DNA from: Steroidobacteraceae bacterium
GTDB lineage: Bacteria > Pseudomonadota > Gammaproteobacteria > Steroidobacterales > Steroidobacteraceae
Length of the DNA stretch: 60,396 bases
Direction: 5' to 3'
Assembly (NCBI GenBank): GCA_035691185.1
Contig: DASSJN010000039.1
Location: forward strand, 1 to 60,396
Part shown: piece after piece, positions 56,119 through 60,396 of the stretch
Position numbering within the stretch: the stretch's first letter is position 1
How the letters are laid out: the number at the start of each line of letters is the position of its first letter
The notes under the pieces: model-generated
Databases searched by the model: none
The model's input: only the letters and a program-made list of their open reading frames with translations
Told to the model about the DNA's origin: nothing
Position numbers and translations under genes: made by a program

Positions 56119-57140
56119 CGCCGGCGAGCGACCTGACGATCGGCGACCCCCCAGACTTCGTGCCGCCCCGCCGGCTGCGGCATCACCACCTGCAGTCGAT
56201 CTACCCGAGCCTGCCGATGCGCCGGCGAGCGGTGGAACGACGCTGTCGCCCGCTCATCGACGCTTCGCGCGACCTGCTCGTCGACTGCGGCGAGGGCGTG
56301 CGGCTGCTGGCACACGTGGCGAGACAGTCGCAGCTCGGGCGGGCGCCGTCCGATCGCCTCGCCGTGCTGCTGCACGGCTGGGAGGGGAGTGCGAATTCGC
56401 TGTACGTGCTGTCGCTCGGCCAGACACTGCTCGAGGCAGGGTACGACGTCGCGCGGCTCAACCTGCGCGACCACGGCGACAGCCATCACCTGAACGAGGA
56501 GATCTTCCACTCGTGCCGGATCGTCGAGGTCGTGGGCGCCGTCAAGCGACTGCAGGCGGCGCACGCAGGCAAGCGCTTGTGCCTCGCGGGGTTTTCGCTG
56601 GGCGGCAATTTCAGCCTGCGCGTGGGTGCGCGTGCCGCCCGGGCAGGCATCGACGTATCACGCGTCGTCGCGGTGTGCCCGGTGCTCGACCCTGAACACA
56701 CGCTCGCGCGGCTCGAATCGGGCTGGATGCTCTATCGCGAGTACTTCGTCTGGAAGTGGCGCCGGTCGCTGCGCAAGAAACAGCGTGCGTGGCCGCAGAT
56801 CTATCGATCACTGGACGAGATCCTGAGGCTCGGCAGCCTGACGGACATGACGGACCAGCTGGCGTGCCGTTACGGCGGCTACCCGTCGTTGCAGGACTAT
56901 CTGCGCGGCTACGCGATCGTCGGTCCCGTGCTCGAATCGCTGGCCGAGTCGCCGCAGGCGCGTGTCCGGATCATCTCGGCGACCGACGACCCGATCATCC
57001 CCGTGAGCGACCTCGATCGCATCGCGCGCCCGCCGAACCTCGAGGTCACCGTCACGCGTTTCGGCGGACATTGCGGGTTCTACGACGGCGCCGCGGGGCC
57101 GAGCTGGATCGAGCGGGAAGTGCTGCGGAGCTTCGGCTAG
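56115..57140 (+). CDS. Alpha/beta hydrolase (YheT-like)
   Basis: HGWEGS oxyanion region, nucleophile elbow GFSLGG, and a C-terminal DDPIIP...GGHCGF. ATGA overlap with the upstream gene. Confidence 0.8.
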   Translation: MTPASDLTIGDPPDFVPPRRLRHHHLQSIYPSLPMRRRAVERRCRPLIDASRDLLVDCGEGVRLLAHVARQSQLGRAPSDRLAVLLHGWEGSANSLYVLSLGQTLLEAGYDVARLNLRDHGDSHHLNEEIFHSCRIVEVVGAVKRLQAAHAGKRLCLAGFSLGGNFSLRVGARAARAGIDVSRVVAVCPVLDPEHTLARLESGWMLYREYFVWKWRRSLRKKQRAWPQIYRSLDEILRLGSLTDMTDQLACRYGGYPSLQDYLRGYAIVGPVLESLAESPQARVRIISATDDPIIPVSDLDRIARPPNLEVTVTRFGGHCGFYDGAAGPSWIEREVLRSFG

Positions 57141-57242
57141 TGTCCAGTGTGCAGTGTCTAGCGGTTAGTCGGAAGCCGACTGTGTGGGCGCGGCGGCGCA
57201 GCCGCCCTCCTACCAAACACTAGACACTGAACACTGGACACT
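57138..57242. repeat. Heptamer-armed palindromic intergenic element, copy 7 (opposite orientation)
   Basis: TAGTGTCCAGTGTGCAGTGTCTAGCGGTTAGTCGGAAGC ... CCTCCTACCAAACACTAGACACTGAACACTGGACACT. The first 3 nt are the YheT stop codon. Confidence 0.9.
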
Positions 57243-57244
57243 TC

Positions 57245-58816
57245 TCACTCGGCTCCCCGCATCGCCATCGCTTCCCGCCAGCGTTTGAACCGCTCGAGCA
57301 CTGCGACGCGTCCCGTCGGGGCGAACGCGCGATCGAGCGGCGCGGGCTGCCAGTCGAGCGGTTGGCCCGCGGCCAGGAACGCGATGCCGCGCGCCGTCGC
57401 CTCGTGCACGGTGGGGCGCTCCACCGCGAGGCCCGTGACGTCGGCGAGCACCTCGCACAGGTAGTCGCAGCTCGCGAGGCCCCCCGTGATGACGAGTCGC
57501 TGCAACGGCGCGGCGCGATGCATGGCGAGCACGTTGACGGCGACCAGGAACGCAATGCTGTCGACCACGGCCGCGATCTGCTGCAGTTCCTGCGGCGGGG
57601 CGTCGCCGAGCGGCCGGCCGTCGAGCCCGACGAACTCCGTCGGGAACGCGGGCAACCAGAACGGGGCGCCGAGGCCACCGATGCCGTTCATGAACAGCAC
57701 GTCGACGCGACCGGAAGGCAACGTCGTGTGCAGCGCGGACAGGATGCGCAGGACGTCGAGCCCGACACGCCCGCGCAGCCATTCGATCGCCGAAAAAGCG
57801 CCGTTGACCGTTCCTTCGTGCACGTACGTCGCGGCCGGCGCTGCGGCGTCGGTTCGCGCGTGGACGACGCTCTTGAGGAGGCCGCGTGGAGGCGGGACGG
57901 TGCCGTCGCGCACGATCCGCTGCACGAACGCGCCGGTGCCGACGTTGACGAAGACCGTGCCGCCGGCCGGCGGTCCGAAGGCGTAGATCGCGGCGGACTG
58001 GTCGCCGCTGCAGGCGCGCAACGGGATGTTGCGTCTCGCGCCGCCGCCCAGCGCGAGAAGCGTGCCGAAGGCGTGCGACGTCCCCACGCACCGCGGCAGC
58101 ACCGCCTTCGGGATGCCGAAGGCGTCGAGCAGAGGCGCCGACCAGTCCAGGATCGCCGGATCGAACAACAGCGTGCGTGACGCATTCGCCGGATCGGCGA
58201 GCAGCGGACGCTCCTCGCAGAGCCGATGCAGCAGGAAGCTGGCGAGGGGTCCCATCGCAAGTCGCTCGTCGCGGGCCGCGAGGCGGACGGCGGGCAGTTC
58301 GTCGAGGCACCAGCGCAGCTTGCTCGCGCCGTAGTGCGGCGAAAGCGGCAGGCCGGTCAGCTCGCGAACCCACTGCGAGCGCTCGCCGAGCGTGCGCTCG
58401 AGCCAGCCGGCGTTGCGCCGGTCCTGCCATGAGATGGCCGCGCTCAATGCCGCGCCGTCGTGCGTGTCCCAGCAGCAGACGGTCGAGCGCTGCGTCGCGA
58501 GCCCGGCTGCGACGATCGGCCGGCCGGCGGCGAGCGGCGATTCGCAGGCGTCGCGCGCGGCGACCAGCAGCGATTCAGCCAGTTCGTCGGCGCTGTGTTC
58601 GATGCGCTCGGCCTCGCGCCGGGTCGCGATCGGCACGTGCGCCATCGACACTGCGCGACCCACGGCGTCGAAGACGACCGCTCGACTCGAGTTGCCCCCC
58701 TGGTCGAGGGCGAGATACAGCGCCCGCGATTCCCCGGCCGGCAACAGCTCCCGCCGGATCGCGCTCAATTCGGTGGCGAGCCAGGCCAGGTCCTCGTCGG
58801 AACCGCCGAGGCTCAC
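57245..58816 (-). CDS. FGGY-family carbohydrate kinase (glycerol-kinase-like)
   Basis: LALDQGGNSSR (N-terminal phosphate loop), NVGTGAF and ITGGLA motifs. The GTG at 58816 overlaps the upstream stop (GTGA); the track ORF extends further 5'. Confidence 0.75.
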   Translation of the reverse strand: MSLGGSDEDLAWLATELSAIRRELLPAGESRALYLALDQGGNSSRAVVFDAVGRAVSMAHVPIATRREAERIEHSADELAESLLVAARDACESPLAAGRPIVAAGLATQRSTVCCWDTHDGAALSAAISWQDRRNAGWLERTLGERSQWVRELTGLPLSPHYGASKLRWCLDELPAVRLAARDERLAMGPLASFLLHRLCEERPLLADPANASRTLLFDPAILDWSAPLLDAFGIPKAVLPRCVGTSHAFGTLLALGGGARRNIPLRACSGDQSAAIYAFGPPAGGTVFVNVGTGAFVQRIVRDGTVPPPRGLLKSVVHARTDAAAPAATYVHEGTVNGAFSAIEWLRGRVGLDVLRILSALHTTLPSGRVDVLFMNGIGGLGAPFWLPAFPTEFVGLDGRPLGDAPPQELQQIAAVVDSIAFLVAVNVLAMHRAAPLQRLVITGGLASCDYLCEVLADVTGLAVERPTVHEATARGIAFLAAGQPLDWQPAPLDRAFAPTGRVAVLERFKRWREAMAMRGAE

Positions 58817-59577
58817 GGCACCGCCGTCCGGACGTAGGCCTCGAGCATCTCGCGCACGTTCATCGTTTCGACGAATTTCGCGCCGAGCCCGGCGCAGTGC
58901 CGCGCGGTGGCAGCATCCCGGATTTCGTAGATGGCCCATTGCCAGCCGCCCGGCCAGAGCTCCGTGGTCGTGACGGGAATGCGCTCGAGGTTCGCGAACA
59001 GGAAGTCGGGGCCGGCTTCGGTCGCGAGCCGGCGAGTGGGCTCGTCGTATTGCTCGATGACCCATCCGATGCGTGCGCCCGTCATCGCACGCAGGAGGCG
59101 CACGCTAGCGAGATCGAACGAGATCAGGACGCAGTGTTCCAGCGCCGGGGCAACGTCGGCAGCGATGCGCTTGAGCACGGCCTCGCGTCCGAAGCGTCGT
59201 ACGCTCGCTCGCTTGACCTCGACGAAACCGGTGACGTCGCGCCATTGCCGGAGCGACTCGACCACGCGCGCGAGTGACGGTGCACGGACGTCGACGAACC
59301 GGTCGCCGAACCGCTGCGGCTCCGTGATCGGAATTCCGGCCAGTGCGGGCCACGCCAGGTCGTGGACGCAGTCGGGCCGCCCGGCGACCCGCTGCAGGTC
59401 GGAATCGTGCAACACGACGGGGACCGCGTCCGCCGTGAGCTGCACGTCGAACTCGACGTGCTTCAGGCCCAGCTCGACCGCGGACTGCAACGCCTCGAGC
59501 GTGTTCTCGGGGAAGTCGGCGGCATTGCCGCGGTGCGCGATCAGGGGTGGCAGTACGTCTGGGTGAGGTCGGGTCAT
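58813..59577 (-). CDS. Glycerophosphodiester phosphodiesterase (GDPD/UgpQ-like)
   Basis: LIAHRGNAADFPENTLEAL...VEFDVQLTADAVPVVLHD is the canonical GDPD catalytic His/Glu/Asp pattern. Confidence 0.85.
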   Translation of the reverse strand: MTRPHPDVLPPLIAHRGNAADFPENTLEALQSAVELGLKHVEFDVQLTADAVPVVLHDSDLQRVAGRPDCVHDLAWPALAGIPITEPQRFGDRFVDVRAPSLARVVESLRQWRDVTGFVEVKRASVRRFGREAVLKRIAADVAPALEHCVLISFDLASVRLLRAMTGARIGWVIEQYDEPTRRLATEAGPDFLFANLERIPVTTTELWPGGWQWAIYEIRDAATARHCAGLGAKFVETMNVREMLEAYVRTAVP

Positions 59578-59855
59578 GGCGTTCTCGAGCCGGTCTGTGT
59601 CGGCCGGACGGCTCGCGATCTTACTTAATTAATCCGGGCATGCGCTCGCTCGCCTGTCGCCGGCCCGTCCGTGGGACCGCGATCACGCCTGGACACGCAA
59701 CGTCCGGCAAGTGACGCGGAATGTCACAGCGAACGCACGAAAATCCCGCCCGGGAGCAATCCAGCGCGCCCCGGGACATGGCATGCGCCTTGCTTCGCTC
59801 GACGGGGACGATCGCTGCACCGCATCCGAAAGAAGGACGGACGGACGGACGAACG

Positions 59856-60116
59856 ATGATGACCGCGCAGATCACGCCCGACGAAATACTGGCGCTCCTG
59901 GTTCCGGAGCCGCCGACGCGGGGCCAGCCTGCGAAGATGGCGACGGCGGTCGTGCGCGATCCCCAAGGCGGGCTCATGCTGCAGTCCGTCGTGCCGAACC
60001 GGGCCCTGCTCAAGCGCGCGCTCATCGCCGTCCGCGCCAATGATGGCACGCCTATCCTGGATCCGGTCACGCGCGAAGTGATCGGCTACGAACTCGCGCC
60101 ACTCGCCGTTGCCTGA
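59856..60116 (+). CDS. Hypothetical small protein (86 aa)
   Basis: ATG-ATG start preceded by a purine-rich AAGAAGGACGGACGG. GC3-rich codon usage resembles neighbouring genes. No recognisable family. Confidence 0.4.
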   Translation: MMTAQITPDEILALLVPEPPTRGQPAKMATAVVRDPQGGLMLQSVVPNRALLKRALIAVRANDGTPILDPVTREVIGYELAPLAVA

Positions 60117-60162
60117 CCGAACCCCGCACTGACCGCGGCGGAGGCTGCGCTATAGTCTCCGC

Positions 60163-60396
60163 ATGCGAAGATCGGGGCGGCTGCGCTTTGGGTGGATCAG
60201 GCGCGCGATGCGGCGCATGCGCGTCGAACGCGGGGACGCCGCACCGTCGATCCTCATGCGCCGGCCCGCGACCCCGCCCGAGGTCACGCTGCTGCTGCGG
60301 GCCGGCCTGGTGCTGCTGCTCGTCGGCTCCGTGTTCGTCGTATTCCTGCTCGACCGCAACGGCCTTCAGGACAACATCGACGGACACGTCTCGCTG
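60163..60396 (+). CDS. Possible potassium/ion-channel family protein, N-terminal fragment (runs off window)
   Basis: The open frame runs from ATG 60163 to the window end. A basic N-terminus is followed by TM helix LLLRAGLVLLLVGSVFVVFLL and DRNGLQDNIDGHVS, which resembles the S1-loop region of bacterial K+ channel proteins. The start codon is uncertain. Confidence 0.35.
   Translation, partial: MRRSGRLRFGWIRRAMRRMRVERGDAAPSILMRRPATPPEVTLLLRAGLVLLLVGSVFVVFLLDRNGLQDNIDGHVSL

Overview
This is a 60.4 kb, very GC-rich (roughly two-thirds G+C by eye) chromosomal segment from a proteobacterium, probably a gammaproteobacterium. Two things point that way: the dsbA / cytochrome c4 / cytochrome c5 / engB / polA neighbourhood resembles Pseudomonas, and the arginine cluster is of the Xanthomonas type, using an acyl-ornithine carbamoyltransferase.

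Content is mostly housekeeping. In order it holds:
- the rsmB 3' end, DUF4390 and an NtrY/NtrX-like two-component pair
- cytochromes c5 and c4, tRNA-Arg(CCG), corA, dsbA and engB
- three tandem small outer-membrane beta-barrel paralogs
- a thioesterase-lptM-polA operon
- an acyl-CoA dehydrogenase, ubiC, and a FAH-family hydrolase next to maiA
- an RND efflux operon with a terminal TetR gene
- an 8.5 kb argR-argG-X-argC-argD-argF'-argB-argH operon
- the NRDE-tamA-tamB operon, nudC, an ABC-2 exporter, an SRAP (YedK-like) peptidase, an EF-G paralog, and an FGGY kinase coupled to a GDPD phosphodiesterase

There are no phage, integrase, transposase, CRISPR or recognisable defence genes.

The observations most worth a second look are:
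1. An uncharacterised 362-aa P-loop (GTxxxxGKT) protein is translationally coupled inside the arg operon, and that operon lacks any argA/argJ/argE.
2. A divergent, orphan FlhC-like / FlhD-like regulator pair sits around an AT-rich island that carries two 28-bp palindromes exactly 40 bp apart.
3. A family of about 100-bp palindromic intergenic elements (7 copies) has arms built from tandem heptamers (GTSYAGT). Three of them abut SD-less start codons.
4. A second heptamer family, (GGGGATA)3, lies immediately 5' of argD and argF'.
5. A nested palindrome lies in frame in the polA interdomain linker.
6. A TauE/SafE gene is broken by one in-frame TAA.
7. One protein combines a receiver domain, a TM segment and an OmpA-like domain.

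All family calls come from reading the translations; no searches were run. CDS coordinates follow the supplied ORF track. Coordinates of repeats and sites located by eye may be off by 1-2 nt.
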